A stretch of 64,000 bases of DNA, from positions 1-64,000 of the forward strand of contig JBBSQY010000001.1 of the NCBI GenBank assembly GCA_038243585.1, written 5' to 3'. Below, piece by piece: positions 48,375 to 58,021 of this stretch. The notes beneath the pieces were generated by a model. That model had not been told where the DNA came from. It worked only from the letters and a program-made list of their open reading frames with translations, and did not search any database. The position numbers and the translations under genes are program-made. Each line of letters begins with the position of its first letter. The stretch's first letter is position 1. The stretch comes from Candidatus Sumerlaeales bacterium (GTDB lineage Bacteria; Sumerlaeota; Sumerlaeia; Sumerlaeales; Sumerlaeaceae).

Positions 48375-49544
48375 CTATGCCTCATACCGGTAAATGGCTG
48401 CAACACCGGTCGTCGTCGGCATATGATCTGTCGGAATAAGAAACACCTGGCCGCCATTTCTTTCCACCAGTTCGCCAAGATCATCCAGCATATCATCAAC
48501 GGCCGGATTTGTATCATCCCCAGCCTCAATTTTGCCAGTGCCAGAATCGATCCGCCCACGCAGAATCCTGTTCTCCTCAAGGAAAACCGTATTAACTCGA
48601 CCGGCTACCGCGGCCTTTGCAACGTCAGCAAGCTCATCGCTTCCCAGCTTGCGTGATTGTGCCACTTTAAAGTCATCCTTCATCGCATCAAGCCGCGCGT
48701 GATACTGCGGCTCCATCGCCTGCCAGGCAAGGTCCCGAAGTTGATCTTCCTTCACTGCCTTCGGGTTTATCTTTACACCCTCAGTCTGCAGATAGGGATT
48801 ATTGCTGACCTTATGAAAATGATGATGGTGTTCTGCCAAGGCTACCAGAACCAGCGGAAGCTTCGAGTTTTTGGACACATGCTCATGCACAGCCGTATCA
48901 ATAGCGCGAAAAAAGCGCTCTTCATCGATCTCCCGCTCATCTCTGCCGCCGCCATTTCCCGAGTTCATGATAAGCCGGCCACGCCTGCGAACGGCGAACG
49001 GCGAAGGATTCGGATACTCTTCTTCCACATCCCCGCCAAGGGCTTCCTTAATAGTTTTCGGCATTTCCGGCGCCGTGACTACGGATTCAATGCTGTTGCG
49101 AGTGCCCTGGTAAATTTCGATCTCGTCCAGCGACAACGCCAGCAACTGGTACTGGTCAGTGCTTTGCAGAAACTTCCTCAGGGGCTTAACGTGAAAACTA
49201 TCCGCCACAACGACAAGCTCGCCTACAGTTCGCGGAAATACAAACACCTCAAAGGTTTTCTCAGACATCAGCACGCCGATTCCATCCAGCGTGTGGTTCC
49301 AGAAATCACGGTTCTCTGCCAGGTCGTGAAACGGCTTAAGCAGTTTCGTTCGCGAAGCCTCGTCGTGTCCAGCCTCAAGAGTTTTTTCCAACTGGTTAAC
49401 AAGGTTCTTAAATCGAATCGGGTCTTGATGGTTTTCAGGAGCTCGACGGTGCGTTGGCTGATAGAGCGAGATGCATACAGGCGACTTGTCCGCCATTAAT
49501 TTGTCTAAAGCCTCACGTGTTGGATACTGCGGTTCATTAGGCAT
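48375..49544 (-). CDS. Bacterial aeRF1-like release factor homolog (baeRF3/baeRF7-type)
   Basis: CISLYQPTHR, DPIRFKNL, VVADSFHVKPL, FFRAID, LPLVL, AAVAGRVNTVF, DDLGELV...GG...GVAAIYRY. Confidence 0.85.
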   Translation of the reverse strand: MPNEPQYPTREALDKLMADKSPVCISLYQPTHRRAPENHQDPIRFKNLVNQLEKTLEAGHDEASRTKLLKPFHDLAENRDFWNHTLDGIGVLMSEKTFEVFVFPRTVGELVVVADSFHVKPLRKFLQSTDQYQLLALSLDEIEIYQGTRNSIESVVTAPEMPKTIKEALGGDVEEEYPNPSPFAVRRRGRLIMNSGNGGGRDEREIDEERFFRAIDTAVHEHVSKNSKLPLVLVALAEHHHHFHKVSNNPYLQTEGVKINPKAVKEDQLRDLAWQAMEPQYHARLDAMKDDFKVAQSRKLGSDELADVAKAAVAGRVNTVFLEENRILRGRIDSGTGKIEAGDDTNPAVDDMLDDLGELVERNGGQVFLIPTDHMPTTTGVAAIYRYEA

Positions 49545-49628
49545 ATAGAAATTCTCCGAAGGCCCTTGTTGTTATAAGGCGTATTTGAAACCATTGCATT
49601 TGCAATAGTTACATACTATCCGTATAAG

Positions 49629-49643
49629 GCAAGTTTTCTGCCA
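49629..49643 (-). promoter_or_regulatory. Sigma-54 -24/-12 promoter of the baeRF-HPF pair
   Basis: Minus strand TGGCAGAAAACTTGC matches TGGCA-N6-TTGC, about 85 bp upstream of the ATG. Confidence 0.65.
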
Positions 49644-49827
49644 AGCATCTTCCCAGGCCACTCCGTCACAGTCCCCACGCGTATTGTTCCCAGTCCCGCT
49701 AGCCCCGCTCAGGCGCGCCACCACGGTATCGAATTGCTATCTTACAGGAAATCACCCGAGAGTTCATCCCGTCCCGTAGGGCCTCATAACTAGCGCACCG
49801 CGCTCTGCCTTAAATGGCAATCCTTTG

Positions 49828-50700
49828 TCAATCCAGTCTCACAATGCGCAGCTGCGCCCCTGCTGCGAGATCGATAATACTAGGCCCCGTTGTAGTCTCT
49901 AAGTAAATACTGACTTGATCTCCCGCCCCCAGGTCCAGCCAGGTCTCACTGTTCAAAGGATTGGGAACCGACAGCGTGCCAAACGTATGAACTTTCACTC
50001 CATTTCGGTACAAGTTAACCGATGCTGTAGAGTCTGGAAAAGCAAACTGTGACATAGAGAGACTGACAGAGACCATGTAATAGCCGGACTGGGTAGGTGA
50101 AAAATTAATCAAGAATCCGCTAAAGCCGGCGTTTTTAACCAGGGTGTCAAAGTTCACAGGCTCATTGCTTAAAACACGTTGTGAAAACGAGCTTTTAGCC
50201 ACCATAATAGGTGTAAAGTCAGCGCTCAATTTGGCGCGGTTTATAGCGCCATCTTCAACTTTTGCGCCGGTTATAGCGCCATCCTTGATCGACGCGGTAT
50301 CAACGCCCGAAGCCGCCACGGACAGCGCAACCGGCGCAGGCGTAATCGGCTGGCGCGGTGTCAGGACCGTGTGAGCGACGCCACTGCCAGACGGCCTCAC
50401 CCGGATTTCCAGATAGCGGGCTTCATTGCCAAACGCGCCAACGCCAAAACTTAGAGGCACAGTAAACAGTCCGTTAGTAACCACAACACCATTCAGCGCG
50501 TTTACGCCACCAATTTCAGAGCCATTCGCCGCCGCATCAAACAACCGGAATTCAAGGTCCTGAGGAACCGTAACAGCTGTACCCCCGTGATCTAAACGGC
50601 CCTGGTAAGTGAAAGTATCGCCTATCGGCGCAGCAAAAGCCTGCGCTGTGAAGCCAAAACAAACCATAGCGACCAGCGCGACTGCCAATTTAAATCTCAT
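49828..50700 (-). CDS. Secreted protein: FTYQGRL N-terminal domain, short DGAITxAK stalk, C1q-like head
   Basis: Signal peptide; FTYQGRL...FRLFD...NGLFTVPL...YLEIRV...LTPRQ; C-terminal FSPTQSGYY...LYRNG...LGAGDQV. Confidence 0.75.
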   Translation of the reverse strand: MRFKLAVALVAMVCFGFTAQAFAAPIGDTFTYQGRLDHGGTAVTVPQDLEFRLFDAAANGSEIGGVNALNGVVVTNGLFTVPLSFGVGAFGNEARYLEIRVRPSGSGVAHTVLTPRQPITPAPVALSVAASGVDTASIKDGAITGAKVEDGAINRAKLSADFTPIMVAKSSFSQRVLSNEPVNFDTLVKNAGFSGFLINFSPTQSGYYMVSVSLSMSQFAFPDSTASVNLYRNGVKVHTFGTLSVPNPLNSETWLDLGAGDQVSIYLETTTGPSIIDLAAGAQLRIVRLD

Positions 50701-50853
50701 GTTATAAACACCTCTGTTGTATCGGCTTATATGCTCTGCAAAAAAGCAAGCAGATTGTAAAAAGAACCGCTTTATAAATCGACCTTCGATTTTGGAATCG
50801 GTATTTGGCGTACCAGATTGCGCCGCAGTGTGCGCAGAAAAAATACCCTGTAA

Positions 50854-51732
50854 TCAGTCCACGCTCACAATGCGCAACTGAGATCCAGCGGCCACATCAA
50901 CATATGTTTTTCCATTCACGGCTGTGGCCAGCGTAGTAACAGAAATTTGATCACCCGCCACAATGCCGAGCAAAATCTCCCTGTTCAGAGGATGGTCAAC
51001 TGACAACGGTCCAAGAGTGTGAACTTGCACTCCATTACAGCACAGGTAAACCAATGCTGTAGAACCTGGAAACGCCGACTCTGACATCGTGATGCTGACA
51101 GAAGTCCTAAAATTGCCGGACTTAATAGGAGAGAAATTAGTCCCGAATCCAGTAATGCCGTCACTTTTATCCACGGAATGAAAGTACACAGGTTCTTTCG
51201 CAAAAAGAGTTTGCGAATATATGCTGTGAGCCGCAAGGGTTGACGTAAGATCGTCGCTTATCTTGGCTCGGTTATCAGCGCCATCCTTAACCGTAGCCTT
51301 TTTAGCCCTCGAAACCGTAGCCTTTTTAGCGCTTGAAACCGTAGCCTTTTTAGCCCTTGAAACTGGCACAGACGTTATAGCCTGGCGCGGAGTCAGGGTC
51401 GTGTAGGCGACGCCGCTGCATGATGGCCTCACTCGGATTTCCAGATAGCGGGCCCCATTCCCAAACGCGCCGACACCAAAGTTCAGCGGCACACTATACA
51501 GCCCATGAGTAACCGCAACGCAACTGAGTGCGTTCACGCTGCCAATTTCGCAACCATCATGCACCGCGTCAAACAACCGAAATTCCAGGTCCTGTGGAGC
51601 AGTAACAGCGGCACCCTCGTAATTCAGCCGCCCCTGATAAGTAAAAGCATTCCCCACCGACGCAGAAAAAGCCGGCGCAGTGCAGAAAAAATAAACCACA
51701 GCAGCCAGCACGACTTCCAAACGAAATCTCAT
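50854..51732 (-). CDS. Tandem paralog of 49828..50700
   Basis: Colinear similarity along the full length; start ATG 51732 after AGAGG, as in the paralog. Confidence 0.75.
   Translation of the reverse strand: MRFRLEVVLAAVVYFFCTAPAFSASVGNAFTYQGRLNYEGAAVTAPQDLEFRLFDAVHDGCEIGSVNALSCVAVTHGLYSVPLNFGVGAFGNGARYLEIRVRPSCSGVAYTTLTPRQAITSVPVSRAKKATVSSAKKATVSRAKKATVKDGADNRAKISDDLTSTLAAHSIYSQTLFAKEPVYFHSVDKSDGITGFGTNFSPIKSGNFRTSVSITMSESAFPGSTALVYLCCNGVQVHTLGPLSVDHPLNREILLGIVAGDQISVTTLATAVNGKTYVDVAAGSQLRIVSVD
51289..51360 (-). repeat. Three tandem 24-bp repeats encoding S(R/S)AKKATV
   Basis: Plus strand AACCGTAGCCTTTTTAGC(C/G)CT(C/T)GA x3. Confidence 0.95.
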
Positions 51733-52032
51733 GTTGAGGAAACCTCTGATATATTGGCTTAATTGCTCTGAAAAAAAACACGTTACCATAACTATTAGGA
51801 GCGGTTATGCAATTATTTAGGTTTTTGCGCCAGATCCGCAGCTTACAATTGATGACAGGAAATGGCTGTCAAACCGGAGCTTTTGCACCCCACGAACTTG
51901 TGGGCATGGAGGGCATTTTCGCACGTTTCAGTTTATCTTTTAATGAGAGGTTGTTGCCAGGAGAAACAGTTTGTGTCGTCCGACGCCGGGCATGGCAGCA
52001 AGATTATCACTGCCATGCCCCCTTTCGCCATA

Positions 52033-53427
52033 CTAGTTATAAAGTTGCCAGTCGCCCACACCGCTACTGGTATCAAAATGAACCCAGTCAAACTCCGCTG
52101 TCATCTGGGGCCCACCGTTATCATTGACTTTCTTGCCCAACAGCTGCACCTGGGTATTCTGAAGCTCCGTGCTGTACGTGTGGCCGCCATTCGGCAGGCT
52201 GATCCAGGTGACATTATCGAAGCTATACTGGGCCGTGTAAGTGGATCCTGCTTTATCGATTCGCAGATAAGCCGGAAGCGGATCGCCACCTAGGTTAATT
52301 TCGTCCACGTTCCATTCATTGGAATCGGCGCGCTGGTAGACGGCCTGAACCATATGAGCACCCGCATCGGTCCGCAAATTTGCGATTGATGCATAATCAT
52401 TCTGATCCTGCCACAGCCACAGACCATAACCGGTCCAATTTTGAAAGTTAAACAGTTCCGTGGGGCCCACTTTTGCAGTAACCTTTAAGTTAGGGACTAC
52501 GGGTGCCTTTTGGAAGACCCTGACTGCCTTATCAATTCCGCCCCACTGATCATTAAAATTGGCGGGAGTAATCCGCAATGCACCGCCTGATACGGCAATC
52601 GTTGATGCTTCAATACCCTCATGTTTCCCCCAGACCAAAGGATCAAGAGAGGTCCCTGCAAACTCATCATTCGTCCCTGCAGACGCCGTTGGTACGGCGA
52701 CAGGACCTGTGCGGATAAAGTCAAACAGACCGACGTCATTTTGCCCGTTGGTGCCGGGCCCCGACTGAATCAGTCTGATTTTTTCGTTAGTAAAATATCC
52801 TGTTGCTGCGTTTTGTGAGTTGCGGATCAAGCGGTTCACCTGTATCCAGGTGGTTCCGTCATAGCTGACCAGACCAAAGTATCCATTCTCCGTTTTCTGG
52901 ATCTTCAGCCATACCGGATTCTGGGTTACATCCCAATAAGCCTGGTCCCCGCCCCATTCATGCCAGTTTTCCGTGCGATTGGCTACGAAATCGGAATTGT
53001 AAGCGCCCTCAACACCCCGTCGCCATGTCGGGTTGCCGTCATTACCCAGCGCCCAGACGCCAAACCAGTGGTCGTTGTCCTGCCACAGCATAAGGCCACA
53101 CTTGTTCCAGTTATTCTGTTTGCCCGCCGCAGTAGGGTCAAAGTCATCAAGTTTGGTAACGATTTCCCAGTTCGTGCCACCCGGCGCGTCCTGTTGAACA
53201 TACGTGTATTTGTCGATAAAAAAGAACAGGTCTGCCCCTTCCATCGCTTCAATGGAAAGGTGGGTTCCCGTGTGACCGATTACGCTGCCCACAGGGTCGC
53301 TATCTTGAAAAGTCCACTGGGTCCCAAGAGATCCCCCGTTAAACTCATCAGCAACGAACTGTCCGAAAGATAATGAGGCACAGGAAAGCGCACTGCCCAT
53401 CAGAAATAATGTTTTCAATCGATTCAA
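52033..53427 (-). CDS. Secreted protein with two ConA/LamG-like (DUF1349 / xylosidase C-terminal-like) domains and W-x-L-Y tail
   Basis: Signal peptide; duplicated DEFxGxSL...GLxLWQD...WLKI/YLRI...SxDxxTW...FD; ends SSGVGDWQLYN. Confidence 0.8.
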   Translation of the reverse strand: MNRLKTLFLMGSALSCASLSFGQFVADEFNGGSLGTQWTFQDSDPVGSVIGHTGTHLSIEAMEGADLFFFIDKYTYVQQDAPGGTNWEIVTKLDDFDPTAAGKQNNWNKCGLMLWQDNDHWFGVWALGNDGNPTWRRGVEGAYNSDFVANRTENWHEWGGDQAYWDVTQNPVWLKIQKTENGYFGLVSYDGTTWIQVNRLIRNSQNAATGYFTNEKIRLIQSGPGTNGQNDVGLFDFIRTGPVAVPTASAGTNDEFAGTSLDPLVWGKHEGIEASTIAVSGGALRITPANFNDQWGGIDKAVRVFQKAPVVPNLKVTAKVGPTELFNFQNWTGYGLWLWQDQNDYASIANLRTDAGAHMVQAVYQRADSNEWNVDEINLGGDPLPAYLRIDKAGSTYTAQYSFDNVTWISLPNGGHTYSTELQNTQVQLLGKKVNDNGGPQMTAEFDWVHFDTSSGVGDWQLYN

Positions 53428-53472
53428 ACTGTTACCCTCCCATTAAGATATAGTTGATAGATAAAACTTGCC

Positions 53473-53502
53473 TTCTGAATATGCAACTGGATTTATTCAG
53501 AA
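53473..53502. promoter_or_regulatory. 9-bp inverted repeat with 12-nt spacer in a divergent promoter region
   Basis: TTCTGAATA-tgcaactggatt-TATTCAGAA. Confidence 0.4.
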
Positions 53503-53532
53503 CAGTGAAAACAAAGCAAGAAAGAGGGTCAA

Positions 53533-54207
53533 ATGAAACCTTCCGGATTCACATTAATTGAATTGCTGATCGTAGTGGCAATTATCGCCATTCTTGCTGC
53601 GATAGCCGTACCAAACTTCCTCGAAGCACAGACCCGCGCAAAGGTATCCAGGAGTCTGGCTGACATGCGGACTATCGACACCGGAATCCACACTTACGTG
53701 CTTGATAACGATAAGGTTCCGCCCAGTGCCGCCCCAAACTTCGTGTGGCCTTACGCAGTGGATGGCAATGGTTGGATTCGCAGTTGGCGTCAGCGCCTCA
53801 TCCCCGTCACCACCCCCATTGCCTACCTTTCCACCGTTCCCAGCGATGCATTTGGTATGAACTCGATCCACGCGAAAAAACCACCACCTGGATTCAAGTC
53901 TGGCGATTTCACCGTGCCCCAGTATTGCGAAGACTATTTTGTAAGCCTGCCAACACGCGGGTATCTAAGCCCCCCGGGCAGGCCCGGAGCAGGTTATGTC
54001 AGCTATGATGCAGCACAACAGGATGTTGGTTGGAGACTAATTTCCTGCGGGCCAGACAACGTTTTTAACTACGATGACTCCGCCATTCCAGCAGCGCCAT
54101 TCTGGGAAAAAGATGGAATGCCCTATGACGCCTCCAACGGAACCGTTTCCCATGGGGACGTGTTTCGCTACGGTGGTGCCGACCGCGGCAATCGTAATAA
54201 GATATAG
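53533..54207 (+). CDS. Prepilin-type N-terminal cleavage/methylation protein (paralog of 19439..20137)
   Basis: SG|FTLIELLIVVAIIAILAAIAVPNFLEAQTRAK; VTTPIAY; SCGPD; YDASNGTVSHGDVFR. Confidence 0.93.
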   Translation: MKPSGFTLIELLIVVAIIAILAAIAVPNFLEAQTRAKVSRSLADMRTIDTGIHTYVLDNDKVPPSAAPNFVWPYAVDGNGWIRSWRQRLIPVTTPIAYLSTVPSDAFGMNSIHAKKPPPGFKSGDFTVPQYCEDYFVSLPTRGYLSPPGRPGAGYVSYDAAQQDVGWRLISCGPDNVFNYDDSAIPAAPFWEKDGMPYDASNGTVSHGDVFRYGGADRGNRNKI

Positions 54208-54661
54208 AACGCGGTTGTGACATAAAATAAGACGCTGCAATATCGGATGCTACGCTACCCCATAGTATCACCGAGCAGCATCCATTTTGGCGAATCGTGT
54301 TTGTTTTTCCGTCAAATTTCTCCGTCCACAATCTTGCCTAAATGCCCATGCGGGAATACCACACTCATATCCCCCATGGCAGAACCACACCCATGAAAAC
54401 GACAAACACACCCCAGCCAGCCTCGGCCCCAAACCTAAAACTTGCACCAACGCTTTAATTAAGTACCTAATAGAAAAAACTAAAACACTCCAACACAAGC
54501 ACTTGCATATTAATTAATTAAAAAAAACCGAGGGCTGTGGACAAAATTTTCAAACAAAAATCATCGCGGCTATGCTTTAAAGTTTCGCCTTATGCTCTGG
54601 ACATTAACGGTTATGCGGCCCACACAACGTTTATATTTCACACATCCGGCGGTCAAGCTTA

Positions 54662-56017
54662 ATGGATAAAATCAGGCAAATTCTTCTCCAGCGCGGACGG
54701 CAATATCTAACAACCGTGCGTTCATCTCTGTGGCTCATACCAGGGCTCATGATCGGCTTTTCCGTCCTCCTGGCTCTTTTTCTCATCGAAGTAGATGCGC
54801 GCCTGGACCATAAGTGGTACCAGGATTATCCCCACGTTTTTGGCCTGGGTGCGGATGGTTCCCGGGGCATGCTCACAGCCATAGCCGGTTCCATGCTTAC
54901 TGTTGCCGGGCTATGTTTTTCCCTCACCCTCAGCACCATATCACAAGCGTCAGCCCAGTACACGCCGCGCATCTTGCGCAACTTCATGCGCGATCGCACC
55001 AACCAGTTTATACTTGGTTATTTTGTAAGCATATTTGCCTACTGCCTGATGGTGCTGCGCACTATCCGCGGTGCTGATGAAATCAAATTTGTACCGTCCC
55101 TTGCCGTGCTCACCGGGCTAATATTAGCCATCGGGGGCGTCCTCGTCCTTATCTATTTTATCCACCACATCGCCACGTCGCTGCAGGTGAGCCATATTAT
55201 TACGGTCATTGAAGATGAGACAGTGCACGTGATTGACAACATCTTCGAAGATGAGCTGGACTCGAACGCCGAGACTGACGCCCCAATGCCACCCGACACG
55301 GTATCTGACATCATGGCTGACGCTGTGACCAACTGGTATCCGGTACACTCTCTCGACAGCGGCTACGTGCAATATGTTGATATGGATGGCCTCACGGAGT
55401 TCGCTGAAGAGCACAGCTCCGTCCTCCGCATGGAATACGGGGTGGGCCAGTTTGTGGGGGTTGGCACGGCGCTTTTAATGTCATCTGTAGAGCTGGAAGA
55501 TGGTGACGAAGCTGAGCTGAACAGCCTGTTTAACGTCTACCGCTACCGCACTGTCGAGCAGGACGTTGGCTTTGGCATCCGCCAGATAGTGGACATTGCC
55601 CTGAAGGCCCTGTCGCCCGGTATTAACGACACCACCACCGCAATCAATTGCATTGATTACCTGGGCGTCATCGCGGGCCGGCTGGCCAATCGCAAGCTTA
55701 CGCCACCTTACCGCATCGTCGAAGGCGAACTGCGAGTGCTGGTCATGGCACCATCATTTCATGATTACGTAGGCACCGCCTTTGACCAGATCCGCATCAG
55801 TGGCAGCGGCAACATGGCCATCTTCATGCGGCTGGTGAAGGCATTCGCACTAGTAGCAGAACGCACCGTGACGGAAGACCGTTTGCACACCCTGCACAAG
55901 CACATGGAGCTGACCCGCGTGTTTGCCAGTGAGACTCTCGTCACAGATTATGAGAAAGAGAAATTCCAGGAGTACTACGAGCGCCAGATGGAACGCATGA
56001 CATTGTGTAAAGCTTAG
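54662..56017 (+). CDS. DUF2254 family membrane protein
   Basis: SSLWLIP, ASAQYTPRILRNF, FIHHIA, SGYVQ, EQDVGFGIRQIVDIALKALSPGINDTTTA. Confidence 0.92.
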   Translation: MDKIRQILLQRGRQYLTTVRSSLWLIPGLMIGFSVLLALFLIEVDARLDHKWYQDYPHVFGLGADGSRGMLTAIAGSMLTVAGLCFSLTLSTISQASAQYTPRILRNFMRDRTNQFILGYFVSIFAYCLMVLRTIRGADEIKFVPSLAVLTGLILAIGGVLVLIYFIHHIATSLQVSHIITVIEDETVHVIDNIFEDELDSNAETDAPMPPDTVSDIMADAVTNWYPVHSLDSGYVQYVDMDGLTEFAEEHSSVLRMEYGVGQFVGVGTALLMSSVELEDGDEAELNSLFNVYRYRTVEQDVGFGIRQIVDIALKALSPGINDTTTAINCIDYLGVIAGRLANRKLTPPYRIVEGELRVLVMAPSFHDYVGTAFDQIRISGSGNMAIFMRLVKAFALVAERTVTEDRLHTLHKHMELTRVFASETLVTDYEKEKFQEYYERQMERMTLCKA

Positions 56018-56088
56018 GGTTTGTAACGCCGAGACGCGGAGGTCGTAAGCTTATATAGCAACCTAAGAACTAAGCGCCCTATCAGAAC

Positions 56089-56119
56089 AAAAAAAAGCCC
56101 CGCCAAAACTGGCGGGGCT
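56089..56119 (-). terminator. Intrinsic terminator of 56193..57719
   Basis: A-tract then AGCCCCGCCA-aaac-TGGCGGGGCT, i.e. a U-tract on the minus strand. Confidence 0.85.
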
Positions 56120-56192
56120 CTAGTGCATCATGCAAATTCTCCACAGCAGTAAGGAAAGGCCAGTTAGAACCAGCCCTATACCGTACGCGTGT

Positions 56193-57719
56193 TTAGTTGA
56201 ACAAAGACCACTCAGCGATCCCCGAAAGAGCGTCGTTAGACGTGTTCGGCGTCGGACGATCCGTCGGTACTAGATCCGTTGGAGAGAATGTGCGAATGGT
56301 GGACGAACCGTCAGGCCTGCGGCCGAGAGACCCGCCGGCTGGGATTGCAGAAACGCCGGAATTGATAAATCCGTCCACGTCAGGAGAATCTTCCCCCCCA
56401 AGAAACGCAACGCCGTCGAGCAGTTGGGTCCCATCGGAAATTCCCACCAAAGACCCCGCATTACGGATTCGCGCAACTGTATAAGTAAACGTCGTGCCCG
56501 GGATGAAGCCCGTTGGGTTGCCCGATGAAAACACAGTGACAAAACCACCTGCAGGAAGAGTAGCCCCTTCCGGGAAAACGTAGCTGTGAAACACCTCGCT
56601 GTCCGAATCTTTACAACGTTGTTCCCATCCTTCAATAAGAATTGGGGCTGCGGTCATGTTGAAAATTTCAACGAATTCATCATTTTGACCAGCAGTGCTT
56701 CCGTCATTGTTATGATCTACTGTACCAGGGTTATAACAGATTTCATTAATCTTTACAGATCCTGCGAGAGCCGGAGTACCACGCACGAGTTCCGTGGCAA
56801 ATTCGATCGACCCGGAAGGAGAAGTCAAACCGTCGGTCGCGTAGGTAACCGACCCGCTATAACTCTTGTTAGTGCTCACGTCAGATTCAACAAACTGAAC
56901 TGTAAGTGTTGTGGATTGGTTAAATTGCAGAGTAACGGGTAGCGCGGGAGTGACTCCATCAAAATAAGTAAAAGCAGTGGATGAAGACGGCTCGAGCTGG
57001 AAACTGCTCACTGTCAAAGGAGCAGTTCGGGTGTTTTTCAAAGTAATAGTTTTGCTTGTTGGCACAACTGCCGTTGCCTGATTCATCCTGGGAAAATCGA
57101 GTTGATTAATAGAAAAACCCGACTGCCGCGAGTTGACGGCTCTGGGCGTAGGCTCAGCGGGCACCCACAATCCACCGTTTCCGTCTGGTATGCGGGATAA
57201 GCCTACAGACGTTGCGTTACCATAAACACCTTCATTGTAGACGGGAGGGGATCCCAACCCGCTCCAGTCAATATCTCCCTGGACACCAACCTTATACACA
57301 AGCACGTCAACAATTCCGGAAGTGGTAGGGAGTGTTCCAGTCGGAAAAGAGGCTGCCGAACCAGTATAAAGAACGACGGCATCGTTGCCGTTTTGGAGTT
57401 TATTGTTTGCCAGCACCACGTCCGCACCTGAAATCGCGCTGTTCGCAATCAGAATATAGCCGTTTGCATCAGCGGTTAACCCGCTGAGGTCGAAAGCGAG
57501 GTAACTTTTAGGACCCACACCCCCCGAAGCAGCACCGTCATAAAGAACCACCACCAAGCCATCGGCCGACTCATTTGGGTCACCCTTAAGCTCGATAAAT
57601 TCTGCGGCATCCGTCCCAGGTGTGTCCGCGTCTATTTCGTTTATTAAAAATGCTGCGGACGCACTGGCACAAAGGCATGAGACCAATGCGATGCCGACCA
57701 AACTCTGTACAAATTTCAT
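56193..57719 (-). CDS. Secreted protein: lamin-tail domain, Ig-like domain, second lamin-tail domain, W-x-L-F tail
   Basis: Signal peptide; two INEI...EF(I/V)E...PTP modules flanking TITLKNT...PLTVS; ends LSGIAEWSLFN. Confidence 0.82.
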   Translation of the reverse strand: MKFVQSLVGIALVSCLCASASAAFLINEIDADTPGTDAAEFIELKGDPNESADGLVVVLYDGAASGGVGPKSYLAFDLSGLTADANGYILIANSAISGADVVLANNKLQNGNDAVVLYTGSAASFPTGTLPTTSGIVDVLVYKVGVQGDIDWSGLGSPPVYNEGVYGNATSVGLSRIPDGNGGLWVPAEPTPRAVNSRQSGFSINQLDFPRMNQATAVVPTSKTITLKNTRTAPLTVSSFQLEPSSSTAFTYFDGVTPALPVTLQFNQSTTLTVQFVESDVSTNKSYSGSVTYATDGLTSPSGSIEFATELVRGTPALAGSVKINEICYNPGTVDHNNDGSTAGQNDEFVEIFNMTAAPILIEGWEQRCKDSDSEVFHSYVFPEGATLPAGGFVTVFSSGNPTGFIPGTTFTYTVARIRNAGSLVGISDGTQLLDGVAFLGGEDSPDVDGFINSGVSAIPAGGSLGRRPDGSSTIRTFSPTDLVPTDRPTPNTSNDALSGIAEWSLFN

Positions 57720-58021
57720 AAAATGTTTATATCTTTCCCGTATTTAAGTTCATAATTAACTCGTACTCGTATACGTGCAACTCAGCAATATATCGTATAA
57801 AACGCGTTTTTTCAGAATCTTAGTTCGTGCGGGAACGTCTGATTTTCGGTCACCGTTAATTAAGCGTCCTTCAGCGGTATGGGCCGCTGCACATATTCAA
57901 GATACGACCGAGTCCGGCCACAGAGTTTACCGTCGGCAGAGGACGTACAGAGCATGATGGGGAATACCCTACTGAGCCTTATTAGAATGCCTGTAACAGC
58001 GTGATTAACCCACTGCTTTTG

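Noticed and set aside
51289..51360. 24-bp repeats (and the 30-bp repeats at 34618-34737) as CRISPR arrays
   Set aside because: Head-to-tail, in-frame coding repeats with no spacers and no cas genes
49828..51732. Paralog pair as a diversity-generating retroelement TR/VR
   Set aside because: No reverse transcriptase in the window; both copies are full genes; differences are spread along the length and are not adenine-specific
54208..54661. A/C-skewed intergenic stretch with short ORFs
   Set aside because: The ORFs lack motifs and clear ribosome-binding sites; no repeat or RNA gene structure recognised
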